Source of the DNA: Octopus sinensis
Taxonomy: Eukaryota
DNA: 64,000 nt
Assembly: GCF_006345805.1 (NCBI RefSeq)
Contig: NC_043015.1
Span: 50,468,001 to 50,532,000, forward strand
Direction of reading: 5' to 3'
Part shown: positions 36,996 through 50,704 of the stretch, piece by piece
Layout of the letters: each line of letters starts with the position of its first letter
Numbering within the stretch: position 1 is the first letter of the stretch
Position numbers and translations under genes: made by a program
The notes under the pieces: generated by a model
Databases searched by the model: none
Seen by the model: the letters and a program-made list of their open reading frames with translations, nothing else
Told to the model about the DNA's origin: nothing

Positions 36996-38082
36996 CTAAT
37001 CCATAAGAAGTTACATTTTTGAAAATGTGTATATATATATATATATATATAATATATATATATATATATTATATATATATATATATAATATATGTATGTG
37101 TGTGTGTGTATACACATATATATGTACACATATTGATATAAAAATTTGGAAAGCCTGCAATATGTATCTCTAGCAGAAATACTAATGTTCTACATGGTCT
37201 TCATTCTTTGACATTTGAAAGTATCTAAACTATAATATCCAGTATACTCTGATGCTCAGTAGGACAGCAGTGGTTCCATCGTTTGACATCATCATCATAA
37301 TCATTTTTACATCCATTTCCCTTGCTGACCTGGATCTGACCTTGTCTTGCTCCAGTGTCTCTAAACTAGTATTTCCCCATTTTGCCTCTGTTTTAGGTCA
37401 AAATATACTTTCTGAATTTATACTCCACTACTCCCATGCACAAGTGTAGATAGGGAGTGGAGGTGGTAGAGGCAGTCCACCCCAGGTGGCACTTATAAAG
37501 GAGCACAACTTTTGGGTCTGCTGTAGACAATTTGTATTTTTTGTGGGGTCCAGGGGTGACAGACAGAAGGGGTGCTGCGGGCGATACACACTCTAGCTAT
37601 GCTAGTGCTCCCATGTCTCCATCCAATTTGCTTCCTTTATAAAACTTGACTTCGTTTTGTCTTGCTTGAAACCCTGGTACTTTCCAGATGAGTGATACCA
37701 ACTTTTTACAAGTGCTGAAATGGTGTTGACTTCAGATAAAAATTTAAAAATTGGCTGATGAAACAGGTTTGTTTTTTGTTCTTTCTATTAATTGCCATAC
37801 ACATTCTACATCAATATATATGTATGTATGTAATATATATATATATTTTACTTGTTTCAATCATTAGGCTGCAGTCACGCAACAGAACTGAACCCAGAAC
37901 CATGTGGTTGGGAAGCAAGCTTCTTACCACACAGCCATGCCTGTGCTTTATGTAAATATATGCAATAACATCATGTATATACACATAAATACATGTTTAA
38001 GTATATGCACATACACAGACATGTACATCTATTTATCTATCTATCTATCTCTATATATAGATAGATAGATAGATATATAGAC

Positions 38083-38146
<64 letters not shown>

Positions 38147-39430
38147 TAGATAGAGATATTCATATATGTATATGTATATTCACACACAAACACGCATACT
38201 GTAAAGTTACATAATTTATGATTATAGGTTTAATGTTTTACCAATTCTTAGATAATCAAAGTAAGAAATACATATATATTTTTAATGAGGCAAAATATAA
38301 ACCCATTGAATATGCAAGTTACCAATATAAAAACCTTTTGATGTAGTCAGAATGTGTTGCGTAATTGTACAAAGCTCGTTACCATTCACCCTTCACCCAA
38401 TAGTCTTTTTGATATATGAGGACAAAAAAGAAAGGAAACTTTTTATTGTTTTACAGTTTGGATAACTATATTAAGAGACTATTCAGTTTTCAGCCATTAG
38501 TTGAGTTAAAATATTTTAACAACCATTTTAATTTAAGATGACAAAATGCGATATTAATTTTAAATGGGTGTTAAGATCCTGTAAATTGCCCATTAAACGA
38601 TTAATGTTTCTTGAAAAAGATAATTTACAGTACAAAAATAATTACATCTGATTATTTAGTTTCCAAAGAGTACACTCGGTAAAGTGAGAATAGTTTTAAG
38701 GGGCGATTTGATTAGCATGAACATTCTTTTAGAAATCCAGTAATACCTTTGGGTACAAGTCTATTAAAATACATGTGGTCTTTGAAGAAGAAGGATATTA
38801 TAAACTATGAAATATTAGAGATTTTGAAAAATTAATATTGCAACATGCCAAATCTTATAAACAGTAATTGTGATTTTTTTTTTGTATTGGCGAGAAAATT
38901 AATATATATCATTTTTGCAGAAATTTCTTAAACACAAATTCAGAAATGATATATTCTTCTTCTCACTAAGAAAATACTTCAAAAATATTATAAATGACCT
39001 ATCAGGAAAAAAAAAAGCCACAATGAAAGAACTCAGGAGAGCTTCATTATATATTAATCCACACTTTAAAGAGATCAAACATTTTCTTTAGCACACAGGT
39101 AACAAATATTCTTCATGTTGCATTGTATAATAAAAACACTCAAGGCGGAAAACATTATGCTATAATAATACAACATGTTGCTACTGTATCAAAAAGTTTT
39201 ATAATTGTTAATTTGGTTAACACCCATGTTCATTGGTTATTTTCTTTGTTATATTCTGTTCCATAGCAAAAATATGAGTTTGGTTCCGTTATTTCTTTCA
39301 GTGGTTTCGGAATCAGTAAAATGTGCAATGTAATTGCAAACTCAGTAATTTCAGCTTAAAAATAAATATTGCTAATCTGTTCCACATTGTTGTGTAACTC
39401 TTTCACATTTAAACCTACATAAGTACATAA

Positions 39431-39470
<40 letters not shown>

Positions 39471-40252
39471 CACACACACACACACACACAAAGATAAATA
39501 CATATATAGACACAAACAGTCATACACATTAAGCACACACAAAGATAAATACATATATATATATACACAAACAGTCATACACATTAAGCATATACACACA
39601 CACACACACACACACGTACATACAAACTTTCATATACATGTTATGTATATAAGTGTATGTATGTGTGTTTATATGTGTGCATGTGTATATAGGTAGGTAT
39701 ATGTATATACATACATATGTATAGATACACATGCTCATACACATATACAGTGTATCAGTATGTGTGTGTGTGTGTGCGCACACAAATAAAGTATGAATGC
39801 ACATACATATGTACATATTCTCTTCAAGTGTAATTTTTAATGGAAAAAAGCAGGAATTAATCACCAAGTGACAAGTTACCTCCAGGAAGTGTTAGCAAAG
39901 CAACTCGTTCCAATATTGGTTACAATGTTCAAAATCTAACATTTAAAATCAACATCGTATTTTTTTTTGTGTGTCTTTTCTCATCGTATTTCAATTTTCT
40001 TTATTTTGTTCATGTATAGTGAACGCTGCACTTTCAAGAAATATTACGCTGCTTTAAAATGTCAGCATATTTAACAGTTGTGGCTGAGTGGTTAAAAACT
40101 TAATCCCTAATCACATGGTTCCAGTCCAGGTTCAATCCCCCTGGTGTGATACCTTAGTCAAATGTCTTCGACTAAAGCCTCGAATTGACCAAAGCCTTGT
40201 GAGTGGATTTGCTAGACAGAAACTGAAAGAAGCCTGTAGTGTCTTTTATATT

Positions 40253-40352
40253 NNNNNNNNNNNNNNNNNNNNNNNNNNNNNNNNNNNNNNNNNNNNNNNN
40301 NNNNNNNNNNNNNNNNNNNNNNNNNNNNNNNNNNNNNNNNNNNNNNNNNNNN
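40253..40352. other. Assembly gap (100 N)
   Basis: Exactly 100 N, probably a placeholder of unknown size. Confidence 0.99.
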
Positions 40353-40464
40353 CTGCTTTGGCACAATTTCTATGGTTATATATACCCTTCCTAACCCCAA
40401 CCATTTTGTAGAGAATACTGGGTCATTTTATGTGGCACCACAGTGAGATCACTTATTCAGGTGT

Positions 40465-40710
40465 CTGCAGAATAGTCTTAATTGTAAAAATTTCAATTCC
40501 TTGGATGATGTAGAAAGATACCTTGATGAATTCTTTGCCATGAAACCACCTCAATTCTGGGAAGAAGGTATTTTCAAGTTAAAGGAAAGATGGAGATGCA
40601 TTGTTCAACAAAATGGTTCATATTTGGTTGATTAAAAATGTAATGGCAAGTATTTATTGATCTTTTTCTTTCCTTTAAAAATCGGCACAAACTTTCCGGA
40701 CAACCGAATA
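40465..40710 (+). mobile_element. 3' end of a second mariner (transposase C-terminus plus right TIR)
   Basis: LQNSLNCKNFNSLDDVERYLDEFFAMKPPQFWEEGIFKLKERWRCIVQQNGSYLVD* (40465-40635), then gcacaaactttccggacaaccgaata. Confidence 0.9.
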
Positions 40711-41689
40711 CCTAACCCAGTGCTTTTCAACATTTTTGCTGGAGTGTGAACCCCAAGGAAACATTCCACTGGCTCGAAGAACCCCTGTGCAATAATTTAA
40801 TAGTCTTATGCACACATATCTGCACAGGAGAATTAAAAATTACTGCCAATTTTAGAAGTTTTGTAACTTCTTGTGGAACCCCTGGACTGTACTGGCGGAA
40901 CCCTGGTTGAAAACCACTGACCTAACCCATGCCGGCATGGAAAATGGATGTGAAAATGTTGATGATGATGATGATAATGGAAAGAGACATTATGATGATC
41001 ACGATGCTATTGCTAATGACAACAACAATGTTACTGATGATGACGATGGTGGTGATGAAGACAAAGGACATGATGACGACTTTGATCTGTAAATGATTCA
41101 GACGTAAACCAATTTCTGTTCAGAGTCATTTTGAAATCTAGTTGGTGTATTATCATGAAACAAAGCACAGAATGATCTTCTTTGCAACATAATCACCTCT
41201 CACAGACCACCAAAAGAAACTAAACACTAACATTTACCTTTAATTAAATTCCTGGCTCAAACAACTGATTAACACCTGCTCCCATACAAACAATCTTCTT
41301 CACAAATGACAAATAACATTGTCTTCGTCAACATCTCAACACACACCATACCAAATGTTATCATTCTTTAGCACATTTAATACAGGGTAGTGCACAAAAA
41401 AGTATCCTTGGTTTTCTAGCATGGTGTAAATAGAGAAATGTATTTACACCCAAAAAAAGACCACCCAGCCTTTTGTTTGTAAGTGTCATTGTGCTATTTG
41501 GACTGCTTGTAATCGCTGAAAAAAGATGGCGCACTAGCTGACTCTTTGCTATCTTCACCGCATCCTCATCTCATTAGTTGATCATTAGATTGTGTTGATG
41601 AACATCTCTGACTTTTTCTGCAAGATGATGTACTCAATAGCAGAAAGAATGCAGGTTGTGGAAGCGTATGTGAGAATAGGTTCTGTCAA

Positions 41690-42143
41690 ACAAATGTGTG
41701 TAACAGTATTTACATTATTTACATTTGACGGATATTTGTTTGTTGTTAACAATGTTTTGGTTGATATACCCTCCAGCCTTCTTCAGGTGTCTTGGGAAAT
41801 TTCGAACCTGGGTTCTCGTTCCTAAGGTATTTTTCAATGTTATTATTATTGGTATAGCCACAGGCTACTAACCCCAAGTTCAATGCTAGGCAGTGACCTC
41901 AATAATAATAATAATAAATACTTTCTAAGTAATCTCAAGGTTTAAAACAAACATAATTTTTTTTTTTTAGACATCCACTAGTACAACACCAAAAAAAACC
42001 AACCAAATATATGGCACACTAGGCATAACAACGTGAACTTCCAACCTGTTGTCTCTTGAGGTCTCTGGGTGAGACTTGGAGCCAACTTGTACAAATATAA
42101 AGCAAAAGTCAAACATAGAATAATAATAATAATAATAATAATG

Positions 42144-42177
<34 letters not shown>

Positions 42178-42345
42178 CAGCAATATTGAAAAATACCTTA
42201 GGAATGAGAACTCAGGTTCAAAATTTCCCCAAGACACCTGATGAAGGCTGGAGGATACATCAGCCAAAATCTGTGTTAACAACAAACAGGATGAGGACAA
42301 ATATCCGTCAAATGTAAATAATGTAAATAATGTACATAATTCCAT
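41690..42345. mobile_element. Inverted pair of family A (tRNA-head / hammerhead-tail) repeats, degenerate
   Basis: 41700-41850 is the reverse complement of 42175-42345; a B-box-like aagttcaatgctaggcagtgacc lies between them. Confidence 0.7.
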
Positions 42346-42349
42346 AATA

Positions 42350-42650
42350 ATGGAAGGACAGATAGATGGACAGATGGAAGGATGGATGGATGGACAAATG
42401 AGCAGATAGATGGACAGATGGAAGGATAGATGGATGGACAAATGAGCAGACAGATGGATATATGAACAGACAGGACAGATAGATGGACAGATAGAAGGAT
42501 AGATGGACAAATGAGCAGACAGATGGATATATGAACAGACAGGAAAGACAGATATATAAACAGACGGAAGGACAGATAGATGGAGAGATGGAAGGATGGA
42601 TGGATGGACAAATGAGCAGATAGATGGACAGATAGAAAGGCGGACAATGA
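42350..42650. repeat. (GGAT/AGAT/AGAC)n tetranucleotide repeat
   Basis: Seen directly. Confidence 0.9.
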
Positions 42651-43009
42651 GACAAAGAAATGGGTACTAAATGTAATTCAACTGTGACCATAAATTCATT
42701 GCAGATGTTTTTGTTTGATCATTTTGGCAAGATGTAGAACATTTCCTTGACTCTATGGAAACAGACTAATATAGTTTCTCTGTCTGTTTAAAAATAAACT
42801 CTTAACAAAGCCATTGTTATGAGTAAAAGCAATAAAAAGATCACTTCACTTCAAAACTTATCCAATTTAAACGAGAATAGAGAAGTCGATGTTGTTTAGG
42901 TCCAAATTACGTCCAATTGAGTAGACCTGTGATCAAAGCTGTTCCAATTATGACCATCTAGTCTTTTTACTTTAGTTTAGGCATGGTGTATCCAGGACTA
43001 TCTTTTATC

Positions 43010-43610
43010 TTTTCCTTGTTTCAGTCAATAGACTGTGGCCATGCTGGGGCACCACCTTAAAGAACATTTCTAGTCGAATGAATCGTCCCAGTACTTATTG
43101 TCTGAAGCCTGGTATTAATTCTATCGATCCCTTCTTGCTGAACTGCTAAGTTATGGGGATGTGAACACACTAAGACCAGTTGCCACCTGGTGGTGGAAGA
43201 CAAACACCACACACATTATTTTATTCTTTTACTTGTTTCCATCATTTTTGACTGTGGCCATGCTGGGGCACCGCCTTCTAGTCGAACAAATTGACCCCAG
43301 GACTTATTCTTTGTAAGCCTAGTATTCTATCGGTCTCTTTTGCCGAACTTCTATGATTACAGGGACGTAAACACACCAACATTGGTTGTCAAGTAATGGA
43401 GGGGGGTGGACACAGACACACAAATATACACACACACACACATACATACAAAGCGCTTCTTTTAGTTTCTGCCTCCCAAATCCACTCACAAGGCTTTTGT
43501 TGGCCCAAGGCTTTAGTAGAAGTCATTTGCCCAAGATGCCATGCAGTGGGACTGAACCCAGAACCCTGTAGTTAAGAAGCAAGCTTCTCACTACACAGCC
43601 ACTCCTGCAC
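43010..43610 (-). mobile_element. S1 SINE 3' half plus a full S1 in tandem
   Basis: Family motifs in reverse complement. Confidence 0.8.
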
Positions 43611-43689
43611 TTTACTTGTTTCAGTCATTTGACTGGGACCATGCTAGAGCACCACCTTATTTTATATATATATATATAATAAATAACAG

Positions 43690-44237
43690 TTTCAAATTTT
43701 GGCACAAGGCCAGCAATTTTGGCAGGGGCAAGTCATTTACATCAATCCCAAGGCTCAACTGGAACTTATTTTATCAACCCCCAAAAGAATGAAGGACTAA
43801 GTTGACCTCGGCAGCTTTTGAACTCAGAACATCAAGTCAGAAGGAATGTCCCTAAGAATTTTGCTGGCATGCTAGGGATTCTGACAAAGACAACCCTGGC
43901 AGAATTTGAACTCAGAACATAGCGACAGAAGAAATACCGCTTAGCATTTCGTCTGGCGTGCTAACGATTCTGGCAACTTGCCACCTTGATAATGATAATA
44001 ATAATCTTCTCTACTAAAGGCACAAGGCCTAAAATTTGGTTGAAGGGGACTAGCTGATTACATCAATCCCAGGGCATCACTGGCGCCCAATTTATTGACT
44101 CCAAAAGAATGAAAGGCAAAAGTTGACCTCGGTGGAATTTGAACTCAGGACATAAAGATGGACGAAACACGTAAAGCGTTTTGCATGTTGTGATAACAGT
44201 TCTACCAGCTCACCACCTTAATAATAACAACAACAAC

Positions 44238-44270
<33 letters not shown>

Positions 44271-44522
44271 AATCGTAATAATAATCTTTTCTACTCTAGG
44301 CACAAGGCCCAGATTTTGGGGGAGGAGGCCAGTCATTTAGATTGAACCCCAGTATGCAACTGGTACTTAATTTATTGACCCTGAAAGGATGAAAGGCAAA
44401 GTTGACCCCAGTGGAATTTGAACTCAGAACATAAAGATGAACAAAATACTGCTAAGCATTTTGCACGGCGTGCTAACGATTCTGCCAGCTCGTCGCCTTA
44501 AATAATAACAACAATAGTAATG

Positions 44523-44568
<46 letters not shown>

Positions 44569-44789
44569 TAATAATAATCTTTTCTACTCCAGGCACAAGG
44601 CCCGAAATTTTGGAGGAGGGGTCCAGTCGATCGACCCCAGTATGATTGACCCCAGCAAGCAACTGGTACTTAATTTATTGAACCCAAAAGGATGAAAAGC
44701 AAAGTTGACCTTTGTGGAATTTGAACTTAGAACATAAAGACAGACAAAATACCGCTAAGTATTTCGCACGGCATGCTGACGATTCTTCC

Positions 44790-44790
<1 letters not shown>
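43690..44790 (-). mobile_element. Stack of ~5 co-oriented S4 SINEs separated by (AAT)n
   Basis: ggcacaaggcc...ttgacc...gaatttgaactcag repeated at ~43700, 44020, 44300 and 44590, plus a partial copy at 43890. Confidence 0.85.
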
Positions 44791-44824
<34 letters not shown>

Positions 44825-44872
44825 TAATAATAATAATGATAAAAATAATAATAAATAATAATAATAATGATA

Positions 44873-44913
<41 letters not shown>

Positions 44914-44955
44914 TAATAATAATAATAATAAATAATAATAATAATAATAATGATG

Positions 44956-44989
<34 letters not shown>

Positions 44990-45018
44990 TAATAAATAAT
45001 AATAATAATAATGATAAA

Positions 45019-45059
<41 letters not shown>

Positions 45060-45120
45060 TAATAATAATAATAATGATAAAAATAATAATAATAATAATA
45101 ACAATAATAATATCATATTC
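44790..45120. repeat. (AAT)n microsatellite
   Basis: Seen directly. Confidence 0.95.
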
Positions 45121-45379
45121 GGTGGAAAAAAGAAAATTTACAATGTAAAATAAAGTGTTGGAGTAGGCAGGAGGAGGAGGAGGAGGGGGGAGGAGGAGCA
45201 AAGAATCTTTGAACTGTAAAATAATTATGTCTGGTAGGTTTGAGATATATGATAGAGTAAAACAATAAAAATTATCTATTAGAGGTGGGGGGCAGTCTGT
45301 GTGGGGGAATGTGTGTGTGTGTGTATGGGAGCGAGTGTGTGTATGTGTAATAGTGTGCGTGTGTGAAATTTCGTATGTG

Positions 45380-45640
45380 TAATGGTGTGTGTGTGTATGT
45401 GTATGTGTAATAATGTGTGCATGTGTGTGTGTATGTGTAATAATGTGTGCATGTGTGTGTGTATGTGTAATAATGTGTGCATGTGTGTGTGTATGTGTAA
45501 TAATGTGTGCATGTGTGTGTGTATGTGTAATAATGTGTGCATGTGTGTGTGTATGTGTAATAATGTGTGCATGTGTGTGTGTATGTGTAATAATGTGTGC
45601 ATGTGTGTGTGTATGTGTAATAATGTGTGCATGTGTGTAA
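45380..45640. repeat. Perfect 30-bp minisatellite (taatgtgtgcatgtgtgtgtgtatgtgtaa) x ~8
   Basis: Identical units seen directly. Confidence 0.95.
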
Positions 45641-46084
45641 CTCTGTGTGTGTAATGTGTAATAAATTGTGTTTGTGTGTGTGGGTTCATGTATAATAATG
45701 CGTGTGTATGTGTAATAGAGTGTGTGTGTGTGTGAGTGTAATTGTATGTGCAACTGTATGTGCAATTCTGTATGTGTAATAGTGTGTGTGTGTGTGTGTG
45801 TAATTGTGTATATGTGTAATTATGTCAGTGTAATGGTGTGTACATAACAGCGCATATCTGTAATAGTCAGTACTTAATAGTGAGTGCGTATAACAGTGTA
45901 TGTGTGTAATACTCAGTATGTGTGTGTGTGTGTGTGTGTGCAGGGGAATAATACTGTGTATGTGTGAAACACCATTTAAGTATGTTTAATATTGTGCACA
46001 AGAGTACAAGTGCAAAAAAGAAAAGAAAAGAAAATATTGCGTAAACGTGTAACAGAGTATATGCTTGTTTAATATTGTATGTGT

Positions 46085-46125
<41 letters not shown>

Positions 46126-46199
46126 ATGCAAACAATGGTGTTTGCACACATTCACACAAGTATATGTGTTTATTCTGGAGTGCGGATGGGGGGTAGATA

Positions 46200-46481
46200 C
46201 ACACACTATGCACACTCACTATGTATATTGTATATATATATGTATTTTGTGTGTTTGATATATATATATATTATATATATATTGTGTATATATATATATA
46301 TATATATATATTGTGCGTATATATATATATATATTATATATAATATATATATATATATTGTATATATATTGTGTATATATATATATATACATATATATTG
46401 TATATATATTGTGTATGTGTATGTACACACATTCATACACACATACATATACATATATAAAATATATATATATAAATATAA

Positions 46482-46527
<46 letters not shown>

Positions 46528-46538
46528 ATGTATTATAT

Positions 46539-46574
<36 letters not shown>

Positions 46575-47347
46575 ATATAATAATATATATATATAATATA
46601 TAATATATTATATATATTATATTTATATTTATATATATATATTTTGTATATGTATATATGTATATGTATGTGTGTATGAATGTGTGTACATACACATATA
46701 CATACATACATATATATATTATATATATATATATATATGTATGTATATGGTTATGTACACACAATATATATATTATATATGTATGTATAAATGTATGTAT
46801 GTATGTATGTATAAATGTAATTACTGGGGGAGAAATGGCATTAAGAAATGAAATTCTAGCGTTATACTGTTTTACCAATGCCATACCATTCCATTGTTAG
46901 TATTGGCTTAGTTTTTTCCTTTTTCTTTTCTCTTTTTTTTTTCCCTCTTAGAGTTACTTGGTGAAGAAAGACTGGAGAAAATTGCCGATTTTCATTTACA
47001 TGCAAAATATCAATGAATACAATGCCTAAATAGGATTGATGTTCATACTTCTTTGATATATATATATGTATATACACACGCACACACACACACATATAAA
47101 CATACAGATATACTTATATGTATGCATATAAGCACTCACAGATATATATGCATATATATATATATATATATATAAATATATATATATACACACATACACA
47201 TGCACATACACACACATAGATACATATATGTATATTTTGATATGTATATATGTATATATAAGTATGTATGTATATATGTATATATACATACATATATATA
47301 TTTACATATATATATGTGTATATATATATGTATATATGTGTGTATAT

Positions 47348-47392
<45 letters not shown>

Positions 47393-47470
47393 ATATATAT
47401 ATACATATATATATGTATGTATGTATGTATAAATGTATGTATGTATGTATGTAGTATGTATGTATGTATG
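46200..47470. repeat. (AT)n/(AC)n/(ATGT)n field containing an inverted duplication
   Basis: 46411-46487 is the reverse complement of ~46616-46696. Confidence 0.85.
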
Positions 47471-47518
47471 TTTGCATGTGTCGTTTTAGTTGTCTTTTTT
47501 GTTCTTGTGTTTTTGCAG

Positions 47519-47543
47519 GAATTCTTGAAACAGAAGTCTATCG
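47519..47543 (+). CDS. Candidate 25-nt microexon (EFLKQKSI)
   Basis: tttttgttcttgtgtttttgcag|GAATTC...TATCG|gtaaat; phase-compatible with 47859-47931. Confidence 0.3.
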
Positions 47544-47858
47544 GTAAATAATAGAAAGAATTAAGCAAACAGAGTGGAAATAGGATATGCGGTCAGGTGT
47601 GAAAGATAATAAACAATACATCTAATGTAAGAAAATACAGCAGAATAAAACCCCTTTGGCTGAAATTACCATTCTTTTACGCAAAATGAAACAAAGAAAA
47701 TTGATTGATTTTAAGAAATACAGAAGAAAAACTTTGGGGGAAAAAATGATAAAAAAACAGTCAGAAAGTCACAATTTCCTGACCATCTGAGTTGTGACAA
47801 TCTCCGTTGTTAGGTTATTAGACTGCTTAGTCTTGTCTCTCTTTTCTCTGTTTATCAG

Positions 47859-47931
47859 AAAATGAAAGAAGAATCCTGACTAGGCCAAGTGTGGAGATAA
47901 CAAGCGAAGCTTTTTGTTTCTTCTTAGGAAG
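47859..47931 (+). CDS. Candidate 73-nt exon (ENERRILTRPSVEITSEAFCFFLG)
   Basis: tctcttttctctgtttatcag| ... GGAAG|gtaatt; an internal acceptor at 47927 would give a 4-nt exon. Confidence 0.3.
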
Positions 47932-48579
47932 GTAATTTTTGTGCAGTGAAAATCTTGTAACAGTGAGAATAACGTTTGCAGTAATTTCGGTAAAAAAATT
48001 TCTTATTATAGGTCATTCGCTTTTGTTTTCATAAGAAAGGAAGAGAGAAGGAAAGAAATGAAGAAGAAAAAAAGGGAAGAAAATGTGAATGGAAAAGGAA
48101 GGAAGGAAGGAAGGCTTTTCAGCTGCTAATTAAAATGAGTTGAGAACCTATAGTTCAGAAAGAAGAGATAAAAAATATTTGTAAAGCTAACGAGCCAGTG
48201 AAAGAATTTTTTTACATCTTTTGTTTATAATCTGCTAGAAACAACAACTAAATCTTCCTTCACATCATCGTTACTATACTAAATACAGTGTGGCTCGATA
48301 AAAGATGGTAAAGCCATGACTAGAACACCTTGCGATTGGACTGTAAGGTGACCAAGGGCTAAATAACAGCTAAAATCTCCCTAAAATTACATTCTCTTAA
48401 AATGGGAACCTGTTAGATAATGTAGCCTTAGATTTACAGTTTGGGAAACAGAAGACAAGATCATCACAAGTGGAATGCCTGATCATAGAAATCCTGGATG
48501 ATAAGTGGCCTAGGGCTAAACAAATATTAAAATATCCCTCAAATTACATTCTCTTAAGATGAGGAAATGATAAAGGCTA

Positions 48580-48903
48580 TGATGAACGACCACGGAATTG
48601 CACCTGGAAAGTTTCTTTCCGAGGCACAAGTCCAGGTAAGGTTGTCTATGGAAGACCAGCAGTCGCACATGCATATCAGCCTCTCCTCTCCATACCACCG
48701 GTGTCATCCAAGGGAAAGGCAAAGACCGATACAGTTTGGCACCAGTGATGTCATAACTCATTTCTACAGCTGAGTGAACTGGAACAACATGAAAAATAAA
48801 GTGTCTTGTTCAAGAAAACAATGCACAGCTCAGTCCAGGAATTGAACTCACTACTTCATGATTGTGAGGCCAATGCTTTAACCACTGAACCAAGTGCTTT
48901 CAC
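48580..48903 (-). mobile_element. SINE S7
   Basis: Colinear with 31659-32032. Confidence 0.8.
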
Positions 48904-49079
48904 CATAAGGTAAGGACCTATTAGATAATGTAGTCTTAGAACCACACTTTGGAAAACAAAAGACAGGATCATCACAGGTGGAATACCTGATCACTGAGAT
49001 CCTGGCTCATAAGTGACCTAGGGCTAAAAAGTTACATCAAAAATCTGACACAAATCACCCTCTAGTCTAGGCATTCTTT

Positions 49080-49305
49080 ATTCTTTTCTTTTATTTGTTT
49101 CAGTCATTTGACTGTGGCCATGCTGGAGCACTGCCTTTAGTTGAGCATATCAACCCCAGGACTTATTCTATGTAAGCCTGGTACTTATTCTGTTGGTTCT
49201 CTCTTGCCGAACCACTAAGTTATGGGGATGTAAACACACCAGCATAGGTTGTCAAGCGATGTTGTGGGGGAGGGGCGAAACACAGACACACAAACATATA
49301 CATAC

Positions 49306-49369
<64 letters not shown>

Positions 49370-49531
49370 GACAGGCTTATTTCAGTTTCTGTCTACCAAA
49401 TCCACTCACAAGGCTTTGGTCGGCCCGAGACTATAGTAGAAAACACTAGCCCAAGGTGTCATGCAGTGGGACCAAACGCAGAACCATGTGGTTGGTAAAC
49501 AAGCTACTTACCACACAGCCACTCCTGCACC
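49080..49531 (-). mobile_element. Full-length SINE S1
   Basis: Reverse complement of 11476-11906. Confidence 0.88.
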
Positions 49532-49929
49532 TATGGGCAATGTTTTTTAAGAAATGAACTGAATGAGATATGGCTCATTATCAGACAAGCCCACACTATG
49601 CAAAAACTACAGCCTGGTCCAGGAATTGAACTCACTACCTCATGATTGTGAGCCCAATGCTTTAACTACTGAACTTTTTTGTTTAGGGATGCCATTCAGG
49701 AAGTCCAGCAGACTGCAGGTTGTTCCTGCTCTAGTCCCTTAAGACATGAAAGACATATCAGACAATGTAATTCTAGATTTGCTATGTCTGAGATACAGAA
49801 GATAGGGTGGTCATGGTTGGAATGTCTCTGATCATAAGTCTGCACAATCAGGGTTGACCTAGGGTTAAACAACAAAAGCAAAACTCTCTAAAATCATACG
49901 ATAGTTTCTTAAAGTGAGAAGTACAATAC

Positions 49930-50704
49930 TTATTTCTTTATTGCCCACAAGGGGCTAAACATAGAGGGGACAAACAAGGACAAAGGGGTTAAGTTGATTA
50001 TATTGATCCCAGTGCATAACTGGTACTTACTTTATTGACCCTGAAAGGATGAAATGCAAAATACCTATTTCTTTACTGTCCACAAGGGGCCACACACAGA
50101 GGGGACAAACAAGGACAAACAAACGAATTAAGTCGATTGCATTTATCGACCCCCAAAAGGATGAAAGGCAAAGTCAACCTCGGCGGATTTGAACTCAGAT
50201 CGTAAAGACAAACGAAATACTACCAAGCTTTTCGCCCGGCATGCTAACGTTTCTTATTTCTTTATTGCCCAAATGGGGCTAAACATAGAGAGGACAAACA
50301 AGGACAGACAAAGGGATTAAGTCGATTACATCGACCCCAGTGCATAACTGGTACTTAATTTATCAACCCTGAAAAGATGAAAGGCAAAGTAAACCTCGGC
50401 GGAATTTGAACTCAGATCGTAAAGACAAACGAAATACCGCCAAGCTTTTCACCCGGCATGCTAATGTTTCTTATTTCTTCATTGCCCAAATGGGGCTAAA
50501 CATAGAGGGGACAAACAAGGACAGACAAAGGGATTAAGTTGATTACATCGACCCCAGTGTGTAACTGGTACTTAATTTATCAACTCTGAAAGGATGAAAG
50601 GCAATGTTGACCTTGGCGGAATTTGAACTCAGAACGTAACGGTAGACGAAATACCGCTAGGCATTTCGCCTGGCGTGCTAAAGATTCTGCCAGCTCGCCG
50701 CCTT
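49930..50704 (-). mobile_element. Tandem multimer of an S4 subfamily (4 units; only the rightmost has the full head)
   Basis: tatttcttta.tg.ccac/aa...ggggacaaacaaggac at ~49931, 50063, 50254 and 50471; head aaggcggcgagctggcagaatc at 50704. Confidence 0.85.

Noticed and set aside
36917-37000. Minus-strand polypyrimidine tract / acceptor
   Set aside because: It is the purine-rich part of a family B repeat, also seen at 62045-62085.
40075-40710. Contiguity of the S1 head and the mariner fragment across the gap
   Set aside because: Separated by a 100-N placeholder; true distance and adjacency are unknown.
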